DNA from: a bacterium
Lineage (GTDB): Bacteria; Patescibacteriota; Dojkabacteria; SC72; WJKH01
Assembly (NCBI GenBank): GCA_029547225.1
Contig: JAKPPS010000018.1
Span: 10,288-74,287, forward strand
DNA length: 64,000 bases
Reading direction: 5' to 3'
Below are positions 25,787 to 36,408 of the stretch, one piece after another. The position numbers and the translations under genes are program-made. Under the pieces are notes generated by a model. It saw only the letters and a list, made by a program, of their open reading frames with translations, was not told the DNA's origin and searched no databases. The stretch's first letter is position 1. Every line of letters begins with the position of its first letter.

Positions 25787-28023
25787 AATTAACCGCCCAA
25801 CCAATAAAATCTATTACTGAAGATATCGAGAATAAGGGGAATAATAACTCACAAAGAAAAAGTAATTTCAAATTTCTAACTCTTTTTCTAATTGTTCTGA
25901 TAGGTGTATTAGCATTATTACTTTCGATTGTATCTATAGAGAGGAACCCATTACTTAGAAATACTGCAAAAGCACAACAGAGTGATGTTGTGATTACTGC
26001 AACAGTTCCGCCCAAAATATATTACGATATTTCTGTAAGTCAATTTATTAATGAGATTGGTAAACCAACGATAGCAACTATTTATCTGTACGATGAATTC
26101 AATGATCCTGTGGGCAATTTTGAGCTTCAACTGATTGAGATTGATAGCAAAACAGGACTTAATATTTCTGGAAGTGGAGTTACTGATAGTAATGGCTACG
26201 CATATTTTACCTTAACTTCCAATGTACAAGATGAATATGGTATTAGGGCAACAAACGTTACGGCCTATGAGAAATTTATGTCCAATCAGGTTGTATATGC
26301 CAGATGGATAGAAATTGGCGGAGTATTTCTATCAAATATTGATGAATATAGAAGTAATAACCCGATTGATTTAAATTGGACTGGCCCTGTCGGCTCGTAT
26401 AGTTATCAGTTAATAGTGTGTAGCGATCCACAATGTGCAGTAATAATAAATCAGATAAACAATATTTCTACAAATTTCTACCAATATATCTCATCTTTAA
26501 CAGATGCCGATTTATACTTTAGAGTAAGAGCTGTAAATCTTGCAAATCAATACAGTCCATGGTCAAATATTGTAAATACATATATAGATACTGTTAATCC
26601 CACTGTAATTGTTAATAATGTAAGTACTGATAAGTCAGAAGATCCGTATGTTATTACAATAAGTGCTGAGATAACAGATTATTCAGGTATCTCAATGTAT
26701 GAACTTACCTGTTTTGATGAAGAAACTGATGAAGAGTATCAATGTTCAACAAAAACAAATGTCGGAGATAACTACACATTTAATATTTCTCTCGATAGCT
26801 TGCGAAAAAATCCGGAAGGATCATATTATCAAACTTATCAGGTCTGTATCAACACTGCTGATTTGGTAGGAAATTTCACTAAGCAATGTGGGATAATGTA
26901 TGAGACTCCGGAAGAACTTCTAGAAGTCGAAGATGATGATGTAGAAGAAGAGGAAGAAGAGGAGCCAGAAACTCCATATATTCCGATAATATCTGAGATT
27001 ACTCAAATAACTCAACAAGTAACAGAGGTAATTAATCAAACTACAACAAATATTATTGAAAATATTGGTGAAACAACTTCGCAAGTTATTACAACCGCCA
27101 CTCCAGTAGTAACTACTGCCGTATCTACAGTATTCCTAGGATTTCAGTTAGCAAATATTCCTGCATTTCTATCACAATTCTTCTTCAATCTTCTTGCTAT
27201 TTTAGGTTTGAGAAAAAAGGGTACTCCCTATGGATATGTATATAATTCTGTCACTAAAGAGCCTGTTTCCCAAGCAATAGTGCGTATTATGTCTAAGGAA
27301 GGTCGTTTGGTGAGAACAGAAGTCACAGATGAGTATGGTATTTTTACCACAACTCTTGATGAAGGTGAGTACTATTTGATAGTTATCGCAAGCGGTTATC
27401 GATATCCATCAACGATAGTATCTGGTAAGGTCGATCCTCCATCTGAAAACATATATCATGGAGAAATTTTTGTTTTTGAAAAAAGCTCAGAAGTTGTATT
27501 ATCCGTGCCAATTGATAATCTTAAGATTTCAGGAAAGAAGGTTGGTAATGCAAAGTTCAAATACTTTCTTAAAACATTTTTTAGCTATCTAATGACAGCT
27601 TTGATTTTTGTATTGTTTGCTTACAGTGTTTCAGTGTACCGAATTTATCCTCTTACAATTAATCTTATTATCATTCTACTGTACATACCATCTTTATTGA
27701 CATTGTTCTTTGGATTATGGAAGAACAGAATAAAATATGGTTATGTAAGACTTGAAGATAAAAAGCCTGCTGAGAACGTTGAGGTTGGTCTATTTGAAAC
27801 GGATTTCAATCGTCTTTTTAGAAAACGTATTACTGATAACGAAGGTGCTTATCGTTTTATTGTCCCTGCAGGAGAGTATTACATAAAACCGTTAAATCTT
27901 GATTTTACAATGGTAGATAAAAATGGTAATTTGCTAAAAGAATTCTTCGTCAAAAAAGCAAAAAAGGATAAACTAATTGTTAACAAGGATATTGTTGTAA
28001 GGAGTAATAAGCAGGTAGTGTAG
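25783..28023 (+). CDS. Large membrane/surface protein with Ig-like and carboxypeptidase-regulatory-like domains
   Basis: 746 aa. N-terminal TM, beta-rich repeats, an acidic EDDDVEEEEEEE linker, internal TM helices, and two YGYV...EGEYY modules. The start overlaps the recO stop (ATGA). Confidence 0.6.
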   Translation: MKLTAQPIKSITEDIENKGNNNSQRKSNFKFLTLFLIVLIGVLALLLSIVSIERNPLLRNTAKAQQSDVVITATVPPKIYYDISVSQFINEIGKPTIATIYLYDEFNDPVGNFELQLIEIDSKTGLNISGSGVTDSNGYAYFTLTSNVQDEYGIRATNVTAYEKFMSNQVVYARWIEIGGVFLSNIDEYRSNNPIDLNWTGPVGSYSYQLIVCSDPQCAVIINQINNISTNFYQYISSLTDADLYFRVRAVNLANQYSPWSNIVNTYIDTVNPTVIVNNVSTDKSEDPYVITISAEITDYSGISMYELTCFDEETDEEYQCSTKTNVGDNYTFNISLDSLRKNPEGSYYQTYQVCINTADLVGNFTKQCGIMYETPEELLEVEDDDVEEEEEEEPETPYIPIISEITQITQQVTEVINQTTTNIIENIGETTSQVITTATPVVTTAVSTVFLGFQLANIPAFLSQFFFNLLAILGLRKKGTPYGYVYNSVTKEPVSQAIVRIMSKEGRLVRTEVTDEYGIFTTTLDEGEYYLIVIASGYRYPSTIVSGKVDPPSENIYHGEIFVFEKSSEVVLSVPIDNLKISGKKVGNAKFKYFLKTFFSYLMTALIFVLFAYSVSVYRIYPLTINLIIILLYIPSLLTLFFGLWKNRIKYGYVRLEDKKPAENVEVGLFETDFNRLFRKRITDNEGAYRFIVPAGEYYIKPLNLDFTMVDKNGNLLKEFFVKKAKKDKLIVNKDIVVRSNKQVV

Positions 28024-28113
28024 AAATCATTTCAAAGAATAAAGAATGATAGATAAATATTTACTTCATCGTTTTATTTTTCATTTCATTCTAATCAAAG
28101 CTTATTCTCAAAG

Positions 28114-28142
28114 TTGAATCAATACAATCTTTGTGCTAAAAT
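28114..28142 (+). promoter_or_regulatory. Sigma70-type promoter for tRNA-Lys
   Basis: TTGAAT - 17 nt - TAAAAT, about 40 nt upstream of the tRNA. Confidence 0.5.
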
Positions 28143-28181
28143 ACACACGCCAGACCTAATAATAGGCATTATTTCTTGAAA

Positions 28182-28254
28182 GGGTGTGTAGCTCAATTGG
28201 TAGAGCAAGCGGCTCTTAACCGTTAGGTTCAGGGTTCAATCCCCTGCACACCCA
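28182..28254 (+). tRNA. tRNA-Lys (anticodon CUU)
   Basis: Manual cloverleaf: acceptor GGGTGTG/CACACCC, anticodon stem AGCGG/CCGTT, loop CTCTTAA, T-arm CAGGG-TTCAATC-CCCTG. CCA is not encoded. Confidence 0.9.
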
Positions 28255-28289
28255 TTTTGTTTTCCCACTTTTTGTAGTAATATTTATCT

Positions 28290-28889
28290 ATGAATTTTCG
28301 TCAAATAAGACAGATGGTTAATCTTTTGTATAGCGAATGGGATTTAGGAAAGTCAGTCTCAAAATCAAAGGGCAAAATCTGCGCATGGATATATGTTTTA
28401 GATATAATTGCAAGTAGTGAAGAGTTATTTTTCGAGGAAGAAGACGGTAGGGTCATTGGATTTTGTGGTTATATGAAATATGGATCAACGAAACATGGTC
28501 TACGAAAGAAGATATTCCGATTATTGGAAAAAATTGCTTACTCAAGTAGTTTAATTAAGTATAAGAGCAAGCTTTTACAATACAATGAAGATTATGATTA
28601 TTGTCCAGATAGTGTGATGCAGAATTATGATGGGGAATTGAGTATTATTGTTGTTGATAAGTATCACAGGCAAAATGGGCTTGGGCGAAAAATGTTACAT
28701 GATTTATTCGAGAAAGCTAAAAAAGATGGTATCGAAAAATTATTAATACTTACAGATCAATCGTGTAATTATGAATTTTATGATCGGATTGGGTGTAACA
28801 AAATCTACGAAACAACAATCCGTAATGGCGAATTATTAAAATGCGAGAAAGATTATATTCAAGGTTATGTCTATGAAAAAACTTTATAG
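28290..28889 (+). CDS. GNAT-family N-acetyltransferase
   Basis: 199 aa. Acetyl-CoA motif VVDKYHRQNGLGRKMLHDLFEKAKKDG. Confidence 0.7.
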   Translation: MNFRQIRQMVNLLYSEWDLGKSVSKSKGKICAWIYVLDIIASSEELFFEEEDGRVIGFCGYMKYGSTKHGLRKKIFRLLEKIAYSSSLIKYKSKLLQYNEDYDYCPDSVMQNYDGELSIIVVDKYHRQNGLGRKMLHDLFEKAKKDGIEKLLILTDQSCNYEFYDRIGCNKIYETTIRNGELLKCEKDYIQGYVYEKTL

Positions 28890-29066
28890 CTAAGGGTCAG
28901 TTAGATTTATGTAACCAACCGAATATTTTCAAAATTATCTTGTACCATTACAAACCCTTATCTTACATGAAATAATAGCACTATCACAATTTCAAACAAA
29001 AATACGCGTGACAAAAATATGCAAATATTATATAAATATAAGAGATAATTTTTAAAAAATTTATAT

Positions 29067-29639
29067 ATGGCTCAGAGTAAGAAAAAGAAATCAGCTAAAA
29101 AAGCAACAAGAACAAATCAAGTTGTAAGACAAACAAACAAAACAACTTCAAACAACACTCCAGAATCTAAAGGTGTATTATCAAAACCACTAGCAATATT
29201 TGCAATAATAATATTGATTGTTTTGCCATTAGTCGCATACTATTTAATAAATAGTTATTATACAAAAAATAAAGTAACTTATAACGAACTTTACACATGC
29301 AATAAATGTGCTTTTGTTAACGAACCTTTAATTTCACCAGACGGCAACTATAAATTACATGTTGAGTATAAAGCAACAAATGGATCGTCATGGTATTTTG
29401 TGCCCTATGTTTATGATTTAAATACAGATGAAATATTGCTTGCAGGAGCAGCTTATGAGAATACTCACAAAGTTGCTTTTATTTGGGATGAGTCTTCAAG
29501 ATTATGGGGATATACTGACAATCTCGGTTTTTTCTATTATGAAAATGTTGATAATAGCTGGGAACTAGTAAAGTATCAAACAGATAACAGTGAAGGATTA
29601 GTATTACCACTTTCATTCCAGGATATCGAAACAGAATAA
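29067..29639 (+). CDS. Membrane-anchored hypothetical protein
   Basis: 190 aa with a basic N-terminus and a single TM (LAIFAIIILIVLPLVAYYLI). Confidence 0.5.
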   Translation: MAQSKKKKSAKKATRTNQVVRQTNKTTSNNTPESKGVLSKPLAIFAIIILIVLPLVAYYLINSYYTKNKVTYNELYTCNKCAFVNEPLISPDGNYKLHVEYKATNGSSWYFVPYVYDLNTDEILLAGAAYENTHKVAFIWDESSRLWGYTDNLGFFYYENVDNSWELVKYQTDNSEGLVLPLSFQDIETE

Positions 29640-29665
29640 ATATATTATTTATATAGAGAATTATT

Positions 29666-30310
29666 ATGTCAGAAGAGATTAGATTTACTAACAACTATGA
29701 AGACTTGTCAACTGATAATGGCTTCCAGTTTGAGTTTAAATGTGATAAATGTGGGGCAGGATATAGATCCGCATTTAAGCCATATGTTGCAGGAGGTGTT
29801 TCTCAAGTTTTAAATACTGCGGGTAATATATTCGGAGGGATTCTATCTCATGCTGCTTCGATTTCTGAAGATGTACGCTCTGCAACTTGGCAGAAGGCTC
29901 ATGATCAAGCTTTTGTCGAAGCAACTAAAGAGTTAAGCAGTAAATTTATCCAATGCCCAAGATGTAATGCTTGGGTTTGCCGAGAGAAATGTTGGAATGT
30001 TAAAAAGGGTTTATGCAAAGAATGTAGTCCTGATTTAGGTGTCGAGATGGCGGCAGCTCAATCATCAAGATCAGTCGAAGAGGTCTGGGCTCATGCTGCA
30101 ATGGCGGAAGAAGACAAAAAGTTAGGAGCAGAGAATTGGCGAGCTGGAGTAGTTGGATCTTGTCCTGAGTGTGAGACTCCTTTGGCAACAAATGCAAAAT
30201 TCTGTCCAAATTGTGGACAAAAATTAGTAGATGACAGTAAGTGTAAAAAATGTGGAGCTAAGCTTCAACCGGGTGCAAAATTCTGCGCTGAATGTGGCGA
30301 AAAAGTTTAG
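29666..30310 (+). CDS. Zinc-ribbon domain protein
   Basis: 214 aa with multiple CxxC pairs, including the C-terminal double ribbon CPECETPL..FCPNCG and CKKCGAKL..FCAECG. Confidence 0.6.
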   Translation: MSEEIRFTNNYEDLSTDNGFQFEFKCDKCGAGYRSAFKPYVAGGVSQVLNTAGNIFGGILSHAASISEDVRSATWQKAHDQAFVEATKELSSKFIQCPRCNAWVCREKCWNVKKGLCKECSPDLGVEMAAAQSSRSVEEVWAHAAMAEEDKKLGAENWRAGVVGSCPECETPLATNAKFCPNCGQKLVDDSKCKKCGAKLQPGAKFCAECGEKV

Positions 30311-30341
30311 TATCTATATTTTTTATTAAATATTGTAAATC

Positions 30342-30361
30342 GTTGAAAAAAAGTTTTCAAC
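30342..30361 (+). terminator. Possible weak terminator hairpin
   Basis: 8-bp AT-rich stem GTTGAAAA/TTTTCAAC with loop AAAG. There is no clean U-tract. Confidence 0.25.
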
Positions 30362-30467
30362 CAGAACTATTTTTATTTAATAGTGACAGGCTTTTTTTGA
30401 AGTTTTGCAATATTTGTACTTTTGGTATAGAGTTAACATAGATATATAAATTATTAAAAATTAAATT

Positions 30468-30851
30468 ATGAAAGGTTTTTTAACAGATATTGAAGAGGCA
30501 ACGAAATCAAACGGTAATTTTCGCAAAGTTCTTTTTACCGGATCACATATGCAATTAGTTGTAATGTCATTACTTCCAGGTGAAGATATTGGAGCTGAAG
30601 TTCATAATGATGTAGACCAATTCTTTAGAATTGAAGAAGGTGAAGGAAAAGTAATAATGGATGGTGAGGAAATGATGTTTAAAGAGGACGATGTCTTTAT
30701 TGTTCCAGCTGGGACTCAACACAATATTATTAATACTTCAACAAGTACAGAGCTTAAGCTTTACACAATATACGCTCCTGCAAATCACCCTGAAGGCACT
30801 ATCCATGCTACAAAAGCAGAGGCGATGGAAGCAGAAGAGCATCATATTTAA
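30468..30851 (+). CDS. Cupin-domain protein
   Basis: 127 aa. GEDIGAEVHNDVDQFFRIEEGEG and VPAGTQHNIIN match the two cupin motifs. Confidence 0.7.
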   Translation: MKGFLTDIEEATKSNGNFRKVLFTGSHMQLVVMSLLPGEDIGAEVHNDVDQFFRIEEGEGKVIMDGEEMMFKEDDVFIVPAGTQHNIINTSTSTELKLYTIYAPANHPEGTIHATKAEAMEAEEHHI

Positions 30852-30986
30852 TAGTATATACAATTACTAGATATCATTATTATTCAGCGTTTAAGTCTTG
30901 AATAGCAGGTTACTTTTTACCTGAGGTTATATTTCGTAATCGAAATAATTTCAAAATAATGCTTATTTCTAGTATGATAGCTGTAT

Positions 30987-31646
30987 ATGATAGATAATCG
31001 CAAAACTTTCTTGATAATATCATCAGTATTTTTATTTTTGCTAATTTCTATTATGGCATATCTGTTTATTTATTTACCTAATAGGAAAATATCTTCTTCC
31101 TCAGAATTGGAGGATCGACCGGTTTTATCCGATGATACAGAAAATAATATTCAAAATAATCCAACAGAAATAACAGATACTCATTTAGAAAAAGAAGACG
31201 ATATTTCAAATCATCCTACATCGCAAAAATTATTAATAGATAAGATAAGTGTAAATGCTTCTATTGTCGAAGTCGGTTTGAACGAAAGTCGGGATATTGA
31301 ATTACCTGCGAGTGATAATGATGTCGGTTGGTATATTTATGGCAAGAAACCTGGTGATACTGGTACGGCAATAATTGTAGGGCATGGAGGTACAGAGACC
31401 AATGGAGTTTTTTCTGATATTGATCAATTAGTAGAAGGAGATATTGTGTCAATTATTAATGATAATAGTTCGGTCATTCAATATGAAGTTATTAAAACAA
31501 TAATCTATGCACAAGGAGATGATACAACCGAAGTATTTATAAACAATAATGGAGAATACCTCAATTTGGTGTGTAAATATGACTCTAGCGACGATACTAT
31601 TCAAACAGTGCAAGAAAGATTGGTAGTATTTACAAAAAAAATATAA
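30987..31646 (+). CDS. Sortase-family transpeptidase (class E/F-like)
   Basis: 219 aa. N-terminal TM; His motif AIIVGHGG; Cys motif LNLVCKYD; Arg in ERLVVF. Confidence 0.6.
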   Translation: MIDNRKTFLIISSVFLFLLISIMAYLFIYLPNRKISSSSELEDRPVLSDDTENNIQNNPTEITDTHLEKEDDISNHPTSQKLLIDKISVNASIVEVGLNESRDIELPASDNDVGWYIYGKKPGDTGTAIIVGHGGTETNGVFSDIDQLVEGDIVSIINDNSSVIQYEVIKTIIYAQGDDTTEVFINNNGEYLNLVCKYDSSDDTIQTVQERLVVFTKKI

Positions 31647-31679
31647 TAGAATAGCTATATAATTTTTTATTAAAGTAGG

Positions 31680-32255
31680 ATGGAAGATAGTGATCTAAAA
31701 AATAATAAAACAAGTAAAAGAAGTATTACTATAATAATAATTATTCTTCTATTAATATCGTTAGTAGCTGGTATTTACCTCATTTTCTTTAATAAGAATA
31801 TAAATAATACTGGACGTGATCTTCGAACAGATGGTGTCGTTGAAGAAAGTGATTCAGAAATCGATAGCGAAAATTCTTTTACTCAAGCTAACCAAGATGA
31901 AGATGGTGATATTGAGCATAATTTGAAACTGACAATAATTAGTCCAGAAGAAGAGTATTTCCAAAAGGGTCAAGCAAGGATGTATAACGCCTTGGTTGAA
32001 GGTAATGGGAAGTATGCGACAACTATTAAATGCATGTGGAAATTTTATATTGATGAAAATAATGGAGAATACCTTTATCAAGAACAAGAGGGCTCAGGTA
32101 TTTTAGCTGGAGAAAGTAAGGAAGTATGTGGTTTTACCTCAACATTTATTGAAAAAAGAGGAAAGTTACGAGTCGAGCTGACTATGACGGTTTATGATGC
32201 AACAAATGAAAATCTGGAAACAATTGTTGCAGATAGGGAGTATGTTGTTAATTAA
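31680..32255 (+). CDS. Membrane-anchored hypothetical protein
   Basis: 191 aa with a single N-terminal TM. Confidence 0.5.
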   Translation: MEDSDLKNNKTSKRSITIIIIILLLISLVAGIYLIFFNKNINNTGRDLRTDGVVEESDSEIDSENSFTQANQDEDGDIEHNLKLTIISPEEEYFQKGQARMYNALVEGNGKYATTIKCMWKFYIDENNGEYLYQEQEGSGILAGESKEVCGFTSTFIEKRGKLRVELTMTVYDATNENLETIVADREYVVN

Positions 32256-32282
32256 AAAGTATTTAATTTGTTTTTTAATAAT

Positions 32283-32717
32283 ATGATAGAAAATATTAAA
32301 AATGTGGTAAGTAGTTTAGGCGGAGAGTGGAAGGAAAATAAAGGCATTTGGGAGTATAAGACTATTATTGCTGAACGCAAGGCATTTCTTTCATCAAAAA
32401 AACTAACATATGTTGCGAAAATACGAGTGAATGAAGAAGAAAAGCAGATTAAATTTACTGAAATGTTAGTAGAGAATAACTCAGGTTTATCGTCAGGCGG
32501 TTTTGATAGTGATATGTCAACAGGTTTTGGATTTAAGGCAGAAACATACAATACATTAGGTGGTGCCAGAGAGGGGAATATTGAGGAACAATCGCAACTA
32601 TTTGGCAAAAAATACACTTACAATTTTGATTACAAGGAAATAAGGAGCAAGATTGAGCAAGAAGCAAAAAACCAAGGTTATTCTTTCAATTATCAGATTA
32701 CATCTTTAGGACTCTAA
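32283..32717 (+). CDS. Hypothetical protein
   Basis: ~144 aa from the ATG at 32283. The antisense ORF 32252-32617 is judged a shadow. Confidence 0.5.
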   Translation: MIENIKNVVSSLGGEWKENKGIWEYKTIIAERKAFLSSKKLTYVAKIRVNEEEKQIKFTEMLVENNSGLSSGGFDSDMSTGFGFKAETYNTLGGAREGNIEEQSQLFGKKYTYNFDYKEIRSKIEQEAKNQGYSFNYQITSLGL

Positions 32718-32738
32718 TTAATTTATCATTTACATAAT

Positions 32739-33725
32739 ATGGTATTAGTCACTGGTGCTACAGGTAGAATAGGAAATGTTCTTATTAAGGAATTGATAAA
32801 AAGAGGATACAAGGTAAGGGCTTTAGTTAGAGACTCATCAGATACTAATTCTATTAAGGATTGTGAATGTGAGATTGTTACGGGCGATGTGCGAAATTAT
32901 GATTCATTAGAAAAAGCCTGTGAAGGTGTGGAAGCAGTATTTCATCTCGCGAGCTATATAAATATCTCCTATTATGATAAAGAGTATACATATGATATTA
33001 ATATCAATGGTACAAAAAACCTCGTAAATATATGTATTTTAAAAGATATAGATCTTGTCTATACAAGCTCGATTCATGCCTTTTCGACAGCTGATAAATT
33101 AATTACAGAGAAGACACCATTTTGTATCGATACAAACGAAAAGAGGGGGCATTATGATTGCTCTAAAGCATATGCAACTAAAGAAGTGCTCAGCGGTATG
33201 CAACGAGGACTCAGGGCAATTATCATAGCGCCTACAGGTGTTACAGGCCCGTATGATTATCGCCCATCCTATTTTGGTCAGAGTATGATTCAGCTTGTTG
33301 ATTCTGGACTTACTTCTACTATAGATGGGAAATACGATTATGTTGATGTAAGAGATGTTGTGGAAGGTATGATAAAAGCATTTGAGATGAAAAAATTTGG
33401 AGAGATATATCTTTTATCCGGCGAGGCTATCGGTATGCGTGATTATGTTAATTATCTTAGAGAATTCGAGACTGGAAAGAAATTTAAGCCTCTTAAAATT
33501 ATCAAATATAGCCTTGCAAAGTTTATCTCATATTTATTAAGTTTCTTTAATAAAAAATCTACAATAACTCCATACAGTCTTGATACTTTAAACAGTAATA
33601 GTAATATTTCTCACCAAAAAGCTACTCAAGAACTTGGATATAACCCTATGCCCCTTAAGAAATCCTTGCTCGACCAATACAATTGGTTTAGAGATAATGG
33701 ATACTTTAAAAGTAAGAAGAAGTAG
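32739..33725 (+). CDS. NAD-dependent epimerase/dehydratase family protein
   Basis: 328 aa. VLVTGATGRIGN Rossmann motif and a YxxxK-type centre (YDCSKAYATK). Confidence 0.8.
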   Translation: MVLVTGATGRIGNVLIKELIKRGYKVRALVRDSSDTNSIKDCECEIVTGDVRNYDSLEKACEGVEAVFHLASYINISYYDKEYTYDININGTKNLVNICILKDIDLVYTSSIHAFSTADKLITEKTPFCIDTNEKRGHYDCSKAYATKEVLSGMQRGLRAIIIAPTGVTGPYDYRPSYFGQSMIQLVDSGLTSTIDGKYDYVDVRDVVEGMIKAFEMKKFGEIYLLSGEAIGMRDYVNYLREFETGKKFKPLKIIKYSLAKFISYLLSFFNKKSTITPYSLDTLNSNSNISHQKATQELGYNPMPLKKSLLDQYNWFRDNGYFKSKKK

Positions 33726-33905
33726 TTGTGTTATCGAGATACGGTTTATTATTTGCATGAGGTTAGCCATCATATTTGATAATGCAACCGGACTTTTTAC
33801 TTTTTTGCTGATGCAAGTAAGTGAACTTTTAGAGATTTCTAGATGAGATAACTAAGATTATTATTAATAGAGAACAAAAAAGTCATATTGAACAATAATA
33901 GTGAT

Positions 33906-34841
33906 TTAATAATGCCGGTCAACTTCTAACTCTTTAAAAGCGACAAATCCGCCATTATTAAGAGTATTTTTCAATATTGATAATACTTGATTAGCAGAAA
34001 TCACATTTATTACATTACCTCGAATCATTGTATCGATACAAAAGTATTTTCCATCTCTTACTAGAATTGCTGTCGCATGGCCATCTCTGATGTTGCCAAT
34101 TGAATATATTCCATTTCGTATAGATAAAGTTGATTCTACTTTTCTTAGTCCGAAACTTCCGAAGAAATAATTTCTACCGGCTTCTATTTCTTCAGTACGA
34201 TTACTACTAAGAATTTCTGCAAATATGGCTAGACAATTTCCGCTGGTTAATTCTGCTTCAATATTCTTATACTTGTCTTTTATGTTTTTTTTATCATCTT
34301 CAGTAAGTGGGATTCCTCTAAATTTTGATAAATTATATATATTGTGTAAAAAGAGTAAAACATAACCTCTTTCGAAGTCAGAGGCTGGATCATGTAAATT
34401 TTCTAAAAGATAGTCTGTAATCTACTCTGGAATTATTAATCCAAAATGAAGTGCCATTATTATGGCATTAAGCATTGAATACTCGAAACAATTACCTGGC
34501 CGTACCTGCTCAATAATTTTTATATCGTAATATTGCTGTCCAATTTGAATATGATAAACCCTTATTTGGTGGTCTCCAGGTGCCGCAAGTCTTGCTTCAG
34601 GGATAAATATTCTCGCAGGTTGTGAATTAGTTAACGTGTCAGGTCCTGTACTAGCGGAATAATCTTGTACATTAGTTATCGTTGTGATTGACGTGTCTGG
34701 CCTCAATAGATGGGTAGCAGGTGTCTGTGAGGTTTGCACATGTTCTGGAGCTGGGGCTATTGAAACAGATGTATTGCCTTCTGTTGTCGATATACTAAGT
34801 CGATTATCAATGATTATTCCACTTTGAGTAATTGTATCCAT
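33906..34841 (-). pseudogene. Papain-like cysteine peptidase candidate interrupted by one in-frame TAG
   Basis: The 139-aa ORF (34422-34841) ends at the TAG at 34422-34424. Manual translation of the same frame continues for 171 stop-free codons to the TAA at 33906. The Cys motif RPGNCFEYSMLNAI is upstream of the stop and the His motif IRDGHATAILV is downstream. Confidence 0.65.
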
Positions 34842-34895
34842 ATATTATTATAACATGTTTTTCATGCCCTCGTACAATTTGAGAAAAGATTTCGC

Positions 34896-35390
34896 CTATA
34901 CTTTTGCAAAAATGATCATATAATTATGTCCATATTTTTCTGCACATTTTGGACAATAGGCGTAATGAATGTAAAAATCTTTTGCCTTTTTTTGAGATTC
35001 TGCAAGATATGAATTCATATCCTTAATAAATCTTGAAATATCATTGTACCCACCGTCGTAAACTCTGCTCACAAAGTTACCACTTAATACAACATTATTT
35101 TCGTTGGGAACTTCCTTTGAAACTGCAATAAAGATCTCTCCTCTAAAAGGTGTCGGATCATGAAAAAGTATCAAGGTGTCATCTTTATTCTCAAGCATCG
35201 CGCCTGTTTTTTCTATAGAACTCCACATTTTAGTAATCTTTTTGTCGATTGCATTAGGAGAAGGTATATGAAGAAATTCTGGAATAGTTTCCTTAACAAA
35301 TTTCATATCTGTCCAAGTAAAACTTTTTTTGTCCCACTTTTCAGGTTTGAAGAGAGGGCAACATACTGAGCTATCGTTTTGATTTTCCAT
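34896..35390 (-). CDS. Conserved hypothetical protein
   Basis: 164 aa. CCPLFKPEKWD near the N-terminus and YCPKCAEKYGHNY near the C-terminus. Confidence 0.6.
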   Translation of the reverse strand: MENQNDSSVCCPLFKPEKWDKKSFTWTDMKFVKETIPEFLHIPSPNAIDKKITKMWSSIEKTGAMLENKDDTLILFHDPTPFRGEIFIAVSKEVPNENNVVLSGNFVSRVYDGGYNDISRFIKDMNSYLAESQKKAKDFYIHYAYCPKCAEKYGHNYMIIFAKV

Positions 35391-35399
35391 TTTATTTTC

Positions 35400-35570
35400 C
35401 TAAATTATTTTAATAAATTTATTGTATTGTCCTTCAGTTAAGAAAATTCTATGTATATCATTATTATCTGTTTCTCCAGTCAATGTGGCCGTATCTGATT
35501 TACCCCAAGCAACTAATTTCATGGATTTAATGTTGATATCTATATAAAAATACTCATGATTTTTATTCAT
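35400..35570 (-). CDS. Possible small protein (56 aa)
   Basis: Manual translation gives MNKNHEYFYIDINIKSMKLVAWGKSDTATLTGETDNNDIHRIFLTEGQYNKFIKII. It ends 9 nt before the downstream gene's ATG. Confidence 0.35.
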   Translation of the reverse strand: MNKNHEYFYIDINIKSMKLVAWGKSDTATLTGETDNNDIHRIFLTEGQYNKFIKII

Positions 35571-35627
35571 TTTGGTCAATTATAATATTTTAATTAATTC
35601 ATAAACTTTCTCTTGCGTAACAAAATC

Positions 35628-36176
35628 CTATTTTGAACGCTTAGATTCTTGCTCATTTACATCACCATACTTTCCAGTAATTGGATCCTTAAATATAAAA
35701 AATTTTGGCGGGTAATATGAAAATATTGCAAAGCACAAAATAATAAAAACATAGATTATTAAAGCAACATTCTCTGGAAAAAGCATGAAATTATTAATTA
35801 AAGAAAAATATTGACCTATTAATCCAAAAATTATTGCCAATACAAAGATGGTTATTGTTATTGCAAAAGGTACTTTTTTAACGATTCGCTTAAGTGTTTC
35901 AAATAATGCAGGTATGGTAAGTATCTCAATAAAAAGTAAAATAAAAAATGAGTTATTTAGATTCCCATATTGATCTTTTAATAAAAAATACTGAAGAATC
36001 GTTACAATTAATGTTGGGGCAACTAGCATTTTCATATGCTCCCAAGTACTTTCATTGAGTGCCGAAAAAAAATGGAGCAATATTCCCTTTTTAAACCAGG
36101 CATGAGTGAAATGGAGTAATGAACCAAGTACTAATAAAATAAAAAAAGAGATTATTTGAATAGTGAGGATATTCAC
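35628..36176 (-). CDS. Integral membrane protein of unknown function
   Basis: 182 aa, ~5 TM helices, NESTWEHMK motif. Confidence 0.6.
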   Translation of the reverse strand: MNILTIQIISFFILLVLGSLLHFTHAWFKKGILLHFFSALNESTWEHMKMLVAPTLIVTILQYFLLKDQYGNLNNSFFILLFIEILTIPALFETLKRIVKKVPFAITITIFVLAIIFGLIGQYFSLINNFMLFPENVALIIYVFIILCFAIFSYYPPKFFIFKDPITGKYGDVNEQESKRSK

Positions 36177-36408
36177 AGTTCAGTATAATCCTTTTGTGAA
36201 TATTTTACCAGTTTTTCATTATGAGTTTACTAGAATAGAAATGATTGTTTATTGAGATTTGTATAAAATATTCATAAAATTCTTTCTTGATATTTTTCGA
36301 AGTAGTACTTTATAAAGTATCTGAAATATGCCTATCCAATAACAAGAATTTGACATATTCAACTTATCTTTATACAATAAACCTAAAATAAATTTTTAAT
36401 CAAAAGCT

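Noticed and set aside
31680-32717. ORFs 31680-32255 and 32268-32717 share a frame with a single TAA between them, which could be a fifth interrupted gene.
   Set aside because: The junction is a typical AT-rich intergenic spacer. The second ORF has its own ATG (32283). The two parts have no shared domain logic, and same-frame adjacency has a one-in-three chance.
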